This document shows, one piece after another, positions 26,978 through 35,829 of a stretch of DNA of 64,000 nucleotides (its first letter is position 1; the number at the start of each line of letters is the position of its first letter). Position numbers and translations under genes: made by a program. The notes beneath the pieces were generated by a model. It was given only the letters and a program-made list of their open reading frames with translations. It searched no databases and was not told the origin of the DNA. Origin of the DNA: Bacteriovoracia bacterium (GTDB lineage: Bacteria; Bdellovibrionota; UBA1018; CAIPTA01); assembly GCA_050246755.1 (NCBI GenBank), contig JBFWVL010000001.1, positions 1,408,001 to 1,472,000 of the forward strand, in the 5' to 3' direction.

Positions 26978-27822
26978 CGATAGCCGACATTTTAAAATCT
27001 ACCCCGAAGCGCAAGCGGAACGAAGCTTTGTGGCTGCTTGAATTTATCCTGAAAAAAAATAGATCCGAGCTTTTGCTGGATGCCGAGCGATCCCTTACGC
27101 CAGGTGAGCGGATAAAGTGGTCGGTGGCTTCGCTGGCCCGCAAGACGGGAAAGCCCCTGCAGTATATCGTGGGCAGCGCTCCGTTCTGGGGCAGGGAGTT
27201 TCGCGTGGGGAAGGGGGTTCTCATTCCCCGGCCCGAAACCGAAATGCTCGTGGAGCTAGCGTTAAATTTATTTTCGAAAGAGGAGGCCGTTAGCGCGCTG
27301 GATATCGGAACTGGTTCGGGTGCGGTCGCGATCACGCTGAAACTCGAGCGACCGGGGTGGAAAATAACCGGAACCGATATTTCGGCTAAGGCCCTAAAAT
27401 TTGCGAAAGAGAATGCCAAGGTATTGGCAGCGAACGTGGAGCTGGCGCGTGCCGATCTTTTTTCGCCCAAGCTGCGAAAAAAAAATTGGTCGCTGGTGAT
27501 CTCCAATCCTCCTTACCTCGATACGCGTAAGGATAAAATTGCTGCCGAAGTAAGGGATTGGGAGCCGCGCTCTGCGCTCGAGCCCGCCCTCAAAGAGAAA
27601 TCAAAAGAAGTGAAAGAGCGGGCCGCCTGGTGCGCGGAAAAAATCCTGCGCGGCTGCGCGGCCGCTAAGCCAAGGTATACGGCGCTCGAGCTCAGTGCGC
27701 GCGTGGCGAAATTGCTCGAAACCCGCTGGCGCACACATGAATCGGTGGCGCGCATTTGGCGTGAGGCCGACCTCGCTGGTAAGAAGCGGTTTTTATTGGT
27801 AGCTTGGAAGCAAGATGCATAA
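26974..27822 (+). CDS. prmC: Release factor glutamine methyltransferase
   Basis: VLIPRPETE, DIGTGSG, NPPY, DLAGKKR; overlaps prfA. Confidence 0.93.
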   Translation: MTIADILKSTPKRKRNEALWLLEFILKKNRSELLLDAERSLTPGERIKWSVASLARKTGKPLQYIVGSAPFWGREFRVGKGVLIPRPETEMLVELALNLFSKEEAVSALDIGTGSGAVAITLKLERPGWKITGTDISAKALKFAKENAKVLAANVELARADLFSPKLRKKNWSLVISNPPYLDTRKDKIAAEVRDWEPRSALEPALKEKSKEVKERAAWCAEKILRGCAAAKPRYTALELSARVAKLLETRWRTHESVARIWREADLAGKKRFLLVAWKQDA

Positions 27823-29074
27823 ATTTGAAATTGAAGGCGGTCGCGTTCTCTCCGGAGCGCTCGACGCTAGCGGTAGTAAAAACAGCGCGCTTCCGCTGCT
27901 CTTTGCCACCATCCTTTCCGATCAGGCGGTTACCCTTACCCGCGTTCCCCATCTCCGCGATATCACCACCACCGTGCAGCTCCTCAAGGGAATCGGCGCG
28001 GATATTTCGCATGAAAATGGTGTGGCGAAAATCGAGATCAAGAACCTATCTTCCACTGAAGCCCCCTACGAATTGGTGCGCACCATGCGCGCCTCGATTC
28101 TCATGCTTGGGCCTTTGCTGGCGCGGGCGCGCAAAGCAAAAGTGAGCTTGCCGGGCGGCTGCAGTATCGGCACTCGTCCCGTGGACATCCACCTTCAGGC
28201 ACTCGAAAAAATGGGCGCCACCCTCAAGCTCGAGAGCGGTTATATCGTGGGCGAATGCCCGAACGGGCTCAAGGGCGCTGAAATCGAATTTCGCTTTCCG
28301 AGCGTGGGCGCCACTGAACACGTGATGATGGCGGCGAGCCTGGCCGAGGGGAAAACCGTGATCCGCAATGCGGCCCGCGAACCCGAGATCGTGGATCTCG
28401 CGCAGATGCTGCGCAAGATGGGCGTGGAGATCAGTGGTGAAGGAAGCTCCGAAATTATCATTCAAGGGGCAAGTTCGCTGAAACCGATCGCGCACGAAGT
28501 GATGCATGATCGCATTGAAGCGGGAACCCTGCTCTTGGCCGGCCCCATCACCGGCGGCAAAGTGCGCGTGAATCGCGTGAATCCCGAGGCCCTCACGGCG
28601 TTCACGGACCTGCTAAAAAAAGCCGGCGTGAAAGTTGGTATCGGTCCCGATTGGATCGAGGCCGAACGCGGCTCTAGCGAGCACGGATTGAAGTTCGCCA
28701 CCGAGCCCTTTCCTGGCTTTCCCACCGATTTGCAAGCGCAGTTCATGGCCTATCTCGCGCAAATCGGCGCGCAGAGCGAGATCGTGGAAACCATTTTCGA
28801 AAATCGTTTTATGCACGTGCCGGAATTAAACCGCCTGGGCGCTGATATTCGCGTGGAGGGTGGCAGTGCGCACGTGCACGGCAAGAAAGCCTGCTTCCAG
28901 GGCGCCGTAGTGATGGCCACTGACCTCAGGGCTAGCGCTTCCCTGGTGCTGGCGGGGCTGGCGGGTAGGGGAGAAACCACGGTACGCCGCATCTACCACC
29001 TAGACCGGGGCTACGAAGAGCTCGAAAAGAAGCTCCTCCAAATCAATGCCCGTATCCGCCGGGCACCAGACTAG
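27815..29074 (+). CDS. murA: UDP-N-acetylglucosamine 1-carboxyvinyltransferase
   Basis: SGSKNSALP, LPGGCSIG, FPGFPTDLQAQ, TDLRA, HLDRGY. Confidence 0.98.
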   Translation: MHKFEIEGGRVLSGALDASGSKNSALPLLFATILSDQAVTLTRVPHLRDITTTVQLLKGIGADISHENGVAKIEIKNLSSTEAPYELVRTMRASILMLGPLLARARKAKVSLPGGCSIGTRPVDIHLQALEKMGATLKLESGYIVGECPNGLKGAEIEFRFPSVGATEHVMMAASLAEGKTVIRNAAREPEIVDLAQMLRKMGVEISGEGSSEIIIQGASSLKPIAHEVMHDRIEAGTLLLAGPITGGKVRVNRVNPEALTAFTDLLKKAGVKVGIGPDWIEAERGSSEHGLKFATEPFPGFPTDLQAQFMAYLAQIGAQSEIVETIFENRFMHVPELNRLGADIRVEGGSAHVHGKKACFQGAVVMATDLRASASLVLAGLAGRGETTVRRIYHLDRGYEELEKKLLQINARIRRAPD

Positions 29075-29357
29075 CTCAAAAAATTCGAAATAATTTCAAT
29101 TAGTTGAATTGCTGCGTAGGTTTATGCTCAATTCCGACCAATATGCTTGACTATAAGCAGATTGTTAATTAATCTTAATAGATGGGTGCCTCTACCGTGT
29201 GAGTAGTTTGGCGGGGCAGAAAATTCAATTTGGGAGTTGTTAACAAGAGTCGGCGCAGGAATTGGAACCAGGGTTGTACGTACGCTATTTGCTTCAACAG
29301 TTGATGCCTGGATCTGAAACCGAGTCCGATGAATAAACGAGGAAAAGGAAAAGGGTA

Positions 29358-30023
29358 ATGAAGTACGTACAACTGAAAAAAATCGCGGTTACTAGCCTCG
29401 CGGCAGTAATGGCAGTTGGTCTCACCGCTTGCGGTGGTGCCAGCAAAGGTGTGAACCCGGTAATTGAAGGTATTACTGGTCCCGACGTAGAGTTCGTGAA
29501 CGGCCGTGTAGTACTAAGCATGGTGTTCCAGAACATCGCGATCGATGGCGGAGCTACGATCCCCATCCCTAAATACCCGAACTCTAGCGTGCAAGTAGGC
29601 CCTGACTTCCAAAGTGCCGGTACCTTGCTCGTGGTAACGATTGCTGCTTCTGACTTCTTGAAAGACAAGGGCGCAGCATTCCCATCCAACGCATTGCCCG
29701 GTGGACGTCCGTTGCCTTCCGTGGCTTCGGGTGTGATGCCTGCCATTGCGATCCAAGTACCTAAACTGAACAACGCCGTATTCTACGTAGGTCCTGAAAT
29801 TCTTGGTGTGTTCGTGCCGTTCAACAAGCTTGACCTGGCCGGATCTATCTTGAGCTTCCGTTTCTACAATAAGGCCGGTTCTGCCATCGGTATCCTTGCC
29901 CTCGTAGGCTCGGACGCTGCGGGCGCGAACGCTGGTATCTTGGCCATGATGCGCGTGGATCTTCTCGGCATCATCAAGGCACCTAGCGCTTCTACCTTAG
30001 CCAAGCTCGACGCTATGTACTAA
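29358..30023 (+). CDS. Hypothetical lipoprotein
   Basis: Lipobox LTAC, strong SD, own terminator. Confidence 0.8.
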   Translation: MKYVQLKKIAVTSLAAVMAVGLTACGGASKGVNPVIEGITGPDVEFVNGRVVLSMVFQNIAIDGGATIPIPKYPNSSVQVGPDFQSAGTLLVVTIAASDFLKDKGAAFPSNALPGGRPLPSVASGVMPAIAIQVPKLNNAVFYVGPEILGVFVPFNKLDLAGSILSFRFYNKAGSAIGILALVGSDAAGANAGILAMMRVDLLGIIKAPSASTLAKLDAMY

Positions 30024-30063
30024 GGTTGGATTAAGCGCAGCCATAAAAGCCTGAGCTTAACCA

Positions 30064-30096
30064 GATCCCGCTTCCTTTCAGGAGGCGGGATTTTTT
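30064..30096 (+). terminator. Intrinsic terminator
   Basis: ATCCCGCTTCCT-ttc-AGGAGGCGGGAT followed by Ts. Confidence 0.85.
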
Positions 30097-31375
30097 ATTT
30101 TATGCGGCGGATGATCACGTTTCCCATGCCCGACTTTTCAAGACCCACGTCACGGGCGGCCCCTCTGGATAGATCGATTCCCACGCCCCGGCTAGGTCCA
30201 AAGTCTTTAATATTTGTTGAGTAGGCATTGCCGCCGTCGCTAGTCCGAAAGAATCCGGTGTCATTTACCGTCACTTCGGTTTTCTGCCCAGTTTTAGTAT
30301 TCGTTACCTCTAGTACTGAGCCTTGCGGGTAATAATTGCTGGCGGCCGTGCGGGCTTCGGGTGGGTACTTCTTAGAATCTCGTTTTGAGGGATCGTACCA
30401 GGAGGCCGTAGTGTCTTGCTCGTCGCCCACTTTTCCCGGTGGTTTTTTCCCCGATTTTTCAGGGGGGATATCCCACGCCTCTTTTGTTCTATTTCCGCCG
30501 GTGGGTTGTGAATCCTTTTCGCTCGAATTGGCGGACGATTGGAGCTGTTCGGCATTTTTCCCCGTAGCGTTAGACTGTGAGGCGAGCTCTTTGAATTTTT
30601 TGTCGGTTTCATCCTTCAGTCCGTCTACGCTCTGGGCAAGCTTTTTCATTTTCTCTTTGAGATCATCCTGAAGTTTGTCGAGCTGCGCCTTTGCGGTCAG
30701 GAGCTGCTGGCAGGCCCGGCGGGTAGAGCTTTGTATTTGGCGGGCTTTCTGGAATTCGCTCTTTTTCCGGCTGTCGCAAGTTTTGTCCTTACAGGCGGAC
30801 CACTGCTTTTCCACGTCAGATACTTTTTTATTGTGCGCCTTGTCTTCGCTGATGGCGCTGTCTTTAATCCTCGCGAGGTTCTTTTTAGCATCACTGATAT
30901 TTTCGTCTTCGCCCTTAATCTTCTCGGAGGCTTGCCCGCTTGCCTGGCCTACGCCGTCGAGGATAGGCATGATTTCACGTGAGCCATTGCTTAGTTGCCG
31001 CTGGGCCACCGACTGATCGTTGCCGGAAACTTTGGTCATTTTCTGTTGAAATTCTTCGGCCTTCTGATCGGCCCTTTTATTCTCGCGGCAAGCGCCGGCC
31101 GTTGCTTCCAGGGCGGCCTGAGAGGATTCACAGAGTTTTTCCTGGCGTTGTATATATTTATCCGCGTCCAAAAGCACGGCATTGGTTCCGTCGGGACCGT
31201 TGCAGGACTGGGCTAGCTGTTTGAGGCGGTCGCGGCTGTCGCCGTTACATAGCTGGTTAAGTGTTTGCTTAGCGCTCTTGGTTTGAGGAGCTACTCCTCC
31301 GTTGGAGCGTTGGCCGCATTCGTCGCCAGCCCAGGCGAAGAGGGTGGTAAGCCAGACCAAGGCGAAAATTTTCAT
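30095..31375 (-). CDS. Secreted coiled-coil protein with C-terminal RlpA-like (DPBB) domain
   Basis: Short signal peptide; ASWY, TAA..YPQGSVLEVTN, VTVNDTG, IDLSRGAA. Confidence 0.8.
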   Translation of the reverse strand: MKIFALVWLTTLFAWAGDECGQRSNGGVAPQTKSAKQTLNQLCNGDSRDRLKQLAQSCNGPDGTNAVLLDADKYIQRQEKLCESSQAALEATAGACRENKRADQKAEEFQQKMTKVSGNDQSVAQRQLSNGSREIMPILDGVGQASGQASEKIKGEDENISDAKKNLARIKDSAISEDKAHNKKVSDVEKQWSACKDKTCDSRKKSEFQKARQIQSSTRRACQQLLTAKAQLDKLQDDLKEKMKKLAQSVDGLKDETDKKFKELASQSNATGKNAEQLQSSANSSEKDSQPTGGNRTKEAWDIPPEKSGKKPPGKVGDEQDTTASWYDPSKRDSKKYPPEARTAASNYYPQGSVLEVTNTKTGQKTEVTVNDTGFFRTSDGGNAYSTNIKDFGPSRGVGIDLSRGAARDVGLEKSGMGNVIIRRIK

Positions 31376-31729
31376 AATTAAGTTCCCAGTTTCTGTCGTC
31401 CCTTTTTTTGGAACTGCTTCCAGAGAAGCAGTTAAATTATGCCCTATTTTACGAGGGTGTTTACGTTCGATTTTCTAAATCCTTCGCTGATTTATTGCGG
31501 TTCAATCTTTCCTGATTTGCCGCTCCAATGATTTGATTTGTGACGTTGCAAGATGGGTTCGATAAAAATCGCGTCGAATTTTCATTCTCTAATATCCGAC
31601 CATACCTTTTTTTATTCTCTTCTATTCTCGTCAGCTCAAAAATAGCCCAGCGCCAAGCCCATTATCCGACAAAAACAATCCGTATTTATACACGCTCTTC
31701 GAAAAAAAAACATTTTCCTACAAAACTAC

Positions 31730-31756
31730 TTAAGCCCCCGCACCGCTCGCCGATTA
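31730..31756 (+). promoter_or_regulatory. Sigma28 (FliA) promoter of flagellin 1
   Basis: TTAAG-N14-GCCGATTA. Confidence 0.75.
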
Positions 31757-31920
31757 GTTCATTGCAGCCACCACAGCGGTTGCACAACTACAGGCCGAGT
31801 TTTCGAAGGGCGTGGGGCCCGGAAAAAATAGAGCGGTAGTTGGACGATGGTTCGCAAGGTAGCGAGTCTTCGAGAGTTGCCACAGGACGGTATAGGCAAT
31901 TATTTGAGGAGCTACTATTT

Positions 31921-32751
31921 ATGGGTCTACGTATTGCAACCAACACCACTTCGATGAACGCTCAAAGAAATTTGGGCATCTCCAACGACAGACAAGCTAA
32001 CACGTTAAACAAACTTTCTAGCGGCGCGCGCATCACCAAAGCCGGTGACGACGCAGCTGGACTCGCGATTTCCGAAAAGTTGAAGGGCAGCATCCGCTCC
32101 ATGCAACAAGCGAATCGCAACGCCAACGATGGTATCTCGCTCATCCAAACGGCTGAGGGTGGTATCAACGAAGTATCTAACATTCTTCTTCGTCTTCGCG
32201 AACTCAGCGTACAAGCTGCTTCCGACACCGTAGGCGATGCAGAACGTAGCTTCACCAACAAAGAATTCCAAGCGCTCAAGGGCGAAGTAGATCGTATCGC
32301 TCAAGTGACGAAATTCAACGGACGCAGCCTGCTTAACGGCAGCGGCGAAACCCTGGATTTCCAAGTTGGTATCGAGAACAGCCCCGAGAACGATCGTCTT
32401 CAGTACGCTACGGCGACCACGGACATCACTCTTGGTAAGCTCGGCCTCTCCGATACCGGCACCATGACCAAGCAAGCCGCCCAAGAGAACCTCTCGAAGA
32501 TCGATAGCGCCATCATGGGCGTGAACGAAAATCGCGCTGGTCTCGGCGCTCTCCAGAACCGCTTGTCTTCGACGGTAAGCAACCTCGGTATCGCTACCGA
32601 GAACTTGGCCGCCGCTAACTCGCGAATCCGCGACGCTGATATGGCTCAAGAGACTTCCGAGTTGACCAAGGCTTCGATTCTCTCGCAAGCTGGTACTGCA
32701 GTGTTGTCGCAAGCCAACTCTAGCCAGAACCTTGCTCTGAAATTGCTCTAA
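31921..32751 (+). CDS. fliC: Flagellin (276 aa, little or no variable domain)
   Basis: MGLRIATN, DDAAGLAIS, GALQNRL, SRIRDAD; GAGGAG before ATG 31921. Confidence 0.97.
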   Translation: MGLRIATNTTSMNAQRNLGISNDRQANTLNKLSSGARITKAGDDAAGLAISEKLKGSIRSMQQANRNANDGISLIQTAEGGINEVSNILLRLRELSVQAASDTVGDAERSFTNKEFQALKGEVDRIAQVTKFNGRSLLNGSGETLDFQVGIENSPENDRLQYATATTDITLGKLGLSDTGTMTKQAAQENLSKIDSAIMGVNENRAGLGALQNRLSSTVSNLGIATENLAAANSRIRDADMAQETSELTKASILSQAGTAVLSQANSSQNLALKLL

Positions 32752-32813
32752 TATCTCGAAGACGGGGCTCGAACCCTGTCCGCGAGCCCTAGAACCAATG
32801 TTCTAACCCACTG

Positions 32814-32847
32814 AAACCACAGAGGATTATCCTCTGTGGTTTTTTTT
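32814..32847 (+). terminator. Intrinsic terminator after flagellin 1
   Basis: AAACCACAGAGGA-tta-TCCTCTGTGGTTTTTTTT. Confidence 0.92.
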
Positions 32848-32871
32848 CGTCTTAATACCATACTTTTTTGC

Positions 32872-32898
32872 TTAAGTTTTATTACCTGCTACCGAAAG
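32872..32898 (+). promoter_or_regulatory. Sigma28 promoter of flagellin 2
   Basis: TTAAGTTT...ACCGAAAG with the same N14 spacing as flagellin 1. Confidence 0.7.
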
Positions 32899-32966
32899 GT
32901 ATGCATCAGTACTTGACTGATTCTCTTCGAAAGAGGTGAGGGGCTTAAACAATTAAGGAGTTAAAC

Positions 32967-33794
32967 ATGGGCTTAAGAATCGCAACTAACGTACCTTCTC
33001 TGGCTACCCAGAGAAACATCACGGCAACCTCTGAAGAAGCTAGCAAGTCATTTGCTCGCTTGTCCTCGGGCCAACGTATCACCAAAGCCGGCGACGACGC
33101 TGCCGGTCTCTCGATTTCCAATAAATTGGAAGCTAGCGTTCGCGGCATGAAAATGGCGCAACGTAACGCAAACGACGGTATCTCCTTCGTGCAAACCGCG
33201 GAAGGTGGCATCAACGAAGTATCCAACATCTTGATCCGCTTGCGTGAATTGAGCGTACAAGCTGCTTCCGACACCGTAGGGGACCAAGAGCGCGGCTTCT
33301 TGAACAAAGAAGTACAAAGCTTGAAGGGCGAAGTAGACCGTATCGCTAAATCCACGAACTACAACGGCACTAACCTGCTCGCGGGCGAAGGCAAAGAGTT
33401 GACGTTCCAAGTGGGAGCCGAAGCTGGTGAAATGAACCGCATCGCTTTCGATCCTTCGAAGACCAACGTTTCCGCCGCCGCTCTCGGCGTGGGCAGCGTA
33501 GATCTTTCTTCGAAAGACGGCGCCCTCTCCGCTCTCGGTGATCTCGACGGAGCCATCAACAAAGTGAACGAAAACCGTTCCGAACTTGGTGCTCTTCAAA
33601 ACCGCCTGCACTCCAGCTCGAACAGCTTGGGAATCGCGGTAGAGAACTTGTCCGACGCTAAATCGCGTATCTCTGATACCGACATCGCGGCCGAGACTTC
33701 GACCATGATCAAAAACCAGATCCTCCAGAACGCTGGTATCTCGGTTCTTGCTCAGGCGAACGCTGCTCCTAACGGCGCACTGAAACTTCTCTAA
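32967..33794 (+). CDS. fliC: Flagellin (275 aa), paralog
   Basis: Same conserved N- and C-terminal flagellin motifs; SD AAGGAG. Confidence 0.97.
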   Translation: MGLRIATNVPSLATQRNITATSEEASKSFARLSSGQRITKAGDDAAGLSISNKLEASVRGMKMAQRNANDGISFVQTAEGGINEVSNILIRLRELSVQAASDTVGDQERGFLNKEVQSLKGEVDRIAKSTNYNGTNLLAGEGKELTFQVGAEAGEMNRIAFDPSKTNVSAAALGVGSVDLSSKDGALSALGDLDGAINKVNENRSELGALQNRLHSSSNSLGIAVENLSDAKSRISDTDIAAETSTMIKNQILQNAGISVLAQANAAPNGALKLL

Positions 33795-33806
33795 TTCACT
33801 AATTTT

Positions 33807-33835
33807 AGGTCTGCATCTGTAGAGGGTGCAGACCT
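33807..33835 (+). terminator. Hairpin after flagellin 2 (weak U tract)
   Basis: AGGTCTGCATC...GGTGCAGACCT. Confidence 0.55.
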
Positions 33836-33935
33836 TAAGCCCGCCCTAGCTGGGAGTGTAAGCTTTCAGCTGGGGTTTTTAAGAAGGAATAGGGCTTATC
33901 GCTGGACGCTAGATCGATTGACCGTAGAGGGAAGA

Positions 33936-34190
33936 ATGAAAAAAGCATGGAAATATTTTGTGGCAGTTGTGCTCCCGGTTTCGGGACTTTCTGCTTTGTT
34001 CGCCGCCTGCTCCACTGCTCCCTGCAATAACGACGCATGCTACGACCGTAACCTCTCTTCCGCCGACCCCTATAAGCAAGGCGACATCGCGGCCTGGGGA
34101 TCTGAAAAGCAGATCGCCGAGCAAGAAGATGAACGCGACGCTAGAGCGGAAATGAAGATGAATCGCCCGGTAAGAAACCGCGAGCGTTAA
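33936..34190 (+). CDS. Small hypothetical lipoprotein
   Basis: MKKAWKY...LFAAC lipobox-like signal. Confidence 0.7.
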   Translation: MKKAWKYFVAVVLPVSGLSALFAACSTAPCNNDACYDRNLSSADPYKQGDIAAWGSEKQIAEQEDERDARAEMKMNRPVRNRER

Positions 34191-34191
34191 A

Positions 34192-34266
34192 ATGAAGAAG
34201 AAAAACCTGCTTTCCTACCTCGCGGTAAGTGCCTTCCTCGCTACCGCCTGTTTTGTGCTCCTATAA
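34192..34266 (+). CDS. Putative 24-aa hydrophobic small protein
   Basis: MKKKNLLSYLAVSAFLATACFVLL, starts 1 nt after the previous stop. Confidence 0.4.
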   Translation: MKKKNLLSYLAVSAFLATACFVLL

Positions 34267-34274
34267 GGAAGTTT

Positions 34275-34313
34275 ACCCGGCTCCGGAAAAGCATCCGAGT
34301 CGGGTTTATTTTT
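34275..34313 (+). terminator. Probable terminator
   Basis: ACCCGGCT..CGGA/TCCG..AGTCGGGT followed by TTATTTTT. Confidence 0.55.
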
Positions 34314-34360
34314 CTACAGCCTAACCGCCGCCTCTCCGATCCGTATCTTAGGAGAGGCAT

Positions 34361-34717
34361 ATGCAATCTGGAAGAGTATTGCCCGTAATCCGCCAGTTCT
34401 TTACCACCACGCTCACCGCGAAGAGCGCTACCGATTCCCATTCCCAAAATCAGCAAAAACGCGAACAAGAGCGCGAACCCACCGAAGAAGAAGCCAAAGC
34501 GGCTTTCGAGTTTCTTTTGCAGCAAGAAGAATTCAAAGCCAAGGGACTAAAGGTGGAGCTGCAATTCCTCGAGGGACGCCAGTGCATCGTGGTTTCCGAC
34601 AATGCCGGAGTCCAGCTCCGGGTAATCAAAGGCTCCGCGATCCTGCGCGTGCTTGAATCCACTATCCTCGGTAAAGACGGCCAAATGCGCGGCCGCATCC
34701 TTGATCGCCGCTTGTAA
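34361..34717 (+). CDS. Hypothetical protein, possibly FlaG-like
   Basis: SD GGAGAGG; C-terminal helix-beta3-helix pattern (VVSDNAGVQLRVI); near the flagellins. Confidence 0.55.
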   Translation: MQSGRVLPVIRQFFTTTLTAKSATDSHSQNQQKREQEREPTEEEAKAAFEFLLQQEEFKAKGLKVELQFLEGRQCIVVSDNAGVQLRVIKGSAILRVLESTILGKDGQMRGRILDRRL

Positions 34718-34741
34718 TTTATAAAACCCAAAGGAGTTCTC

Positions 34742-35047
34742 GTGAAAATTCTTTTCGCCACCATAAGCCTTGCCCTCGCCACTTCTTCGGCCATGGCCGG
34801 AAAAGGAGAAAGCTGCCTGGACAAAAAAGAGATGAAAATGCTCTCTACGATCCGCGGAAACCTTGTGCAGGCCAAAGTAAGCCGGCCCGACTGCGCCCGT
34901 TTGCGCGGTGCCGGCGCATGCATTTCCCCCGCGGACCAGGCTAATATGCAGTTCCTGGAGCGGAAAGAGAATGGCGATGCCGAAGCCTGCGGTGAAACCC
35001 CCGATCAGCAAGAAATAGATTCAGTTGGCGAAGAGGCGAATCCTTAA
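34742..35047 (+). CDS. Small secreted Cys-containing hypothetical protein
   Basis: AAGGAG SD, signal peptide (AMA), 4 Cys. Confidence 0.65.
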   Translation: MKILFATISLALATSSAMAGKGESCLDKKEMKMLSTIRGNLVQAKVSRPDCARLRGAGACISPADQANMQFLERKENGDAEACGETPDQQEIDSVGEEANP

Positions 35048-35085
35048 CGCTCGAAACCGGCCCGCTTTTCCTGTAAATTCAGAGA

Positions 35086-35829
35086 ATGCGGGTTTTCTAT
35101 ATTTCCGATATCCACCTTCCCGAAGGCACTGCACCAGCTGCGCGGCGCTTCGCCGATTTCGTGAAATCCGTTCCTCAGCCCCGCGACACGCTCGTGCTCG
35201 GTGGAGATATCTTCGATCTCTTCGTGGGAAATAAGAAAATATTCCGCGAGAAATTTGCCGAGGCGCTGCAAGCGATCCGTGGAGCGGGCGAACGCGGCAT
35301 CACGGTTCATTACCTCGAGGGAAACCATGACTTTCATCTAGCTTCGGCTTTCGCTCACACCCCGAGCTTCCATTTTCATGCCGACGATTTCTCTTTCAAT
35401 GCCGACGGAAAAAAATTCTACGTTTCCCATGGCGACTTGATCGACGAGGAAGATAGGGGCTACCGCCTCCTACGCAGGGTAACGAAGAACCGGCCGTTTC
35501 AGCTATTTGTGCAGGCGATCCCGAATATCGTGGTGGATAAGATCGGCACCTGGTCGAGCCGCCACAGCCGGAAATATACCCGCACCGAAGGCATGGGCGG
35601 TGAGAACCAGAAGAGAATCCGTGGGCTCTATCTGGAGTTCGCCAAGGAGAAAGTAAAGCAGGGCGCGAACTTTGTGCTGGTCGGCCATTCTCACCTCCGC
35701 GATCAAATTCAGATCAAGGAAGAGGGCAAGTCGGGCGAGTATATCAACCTCGGCTACTCCGCTGATTCTTTGAACTACGCGGTATGGACCGAGGGCGAAG
35801 AGCGGTTCACGCTCAAACAGTATCCCTGA
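35086..35829 (+). CDS. lpxH: UDP-2,3-diacylglucosamine diphosphatase (LpxH-like metallophosphoesterase)
   Basis: SDIH, GDIFD, GNHD, HGD and GHSH motifs. Confidence 0.8.
   Translation: MRVFYISDIHLPEGTAPAARRFADFVKSVPQPRDTLVLGGDIFDLFVGNKKIFREKFAEALQAIRGAGERGITVHYLEGNHDFHLASAFAHTPSFHFHADDFSFNADGKKFYVSHGDLIDEEDRGYRLLRRVTKNRPFQLFVQAIPNIVVDKIGTWSSRHSRKYTRTEGMGGENQKRIRGLYLEFAKEKVKQGANFVLVGHSHLRDQIQIKEEGKSGEYINLGYSADSLNYAVWTEGEERFTLKQYP

Noticed and set aside
27477-27485. A9 run inside prmC as a second slippage site
   Set aside because: The ORF continues in frame through NPPY and the C-terminal motif, so no shift is needed.
31540-31920. 99-aa ORF and the 27-codon N-terminal extension of flagellin 1
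   Set aside because: The region holds the sigma28 promoter and leader; the real start is ATG 31921 after GAGGAG.
32752-32825. tRNA-Asp-like D-loop and T-loop strings on the minus strand (TTCAGTGGGTTAGAA...GGGTTCGAGCCCCGTC)
   Set aside because: Acceptor and anticodon stems do not pair, spacing is 2 nt short and there is no CCA; the stems pair better on the plus strand as a 3' UTR.
34315-34342. Possible sigma28 promoter TACAG-N15-TCCGATCC before the FlaG-like gene
   Set aside because: Several mismatches and off spacing; too weak to list as a feature.
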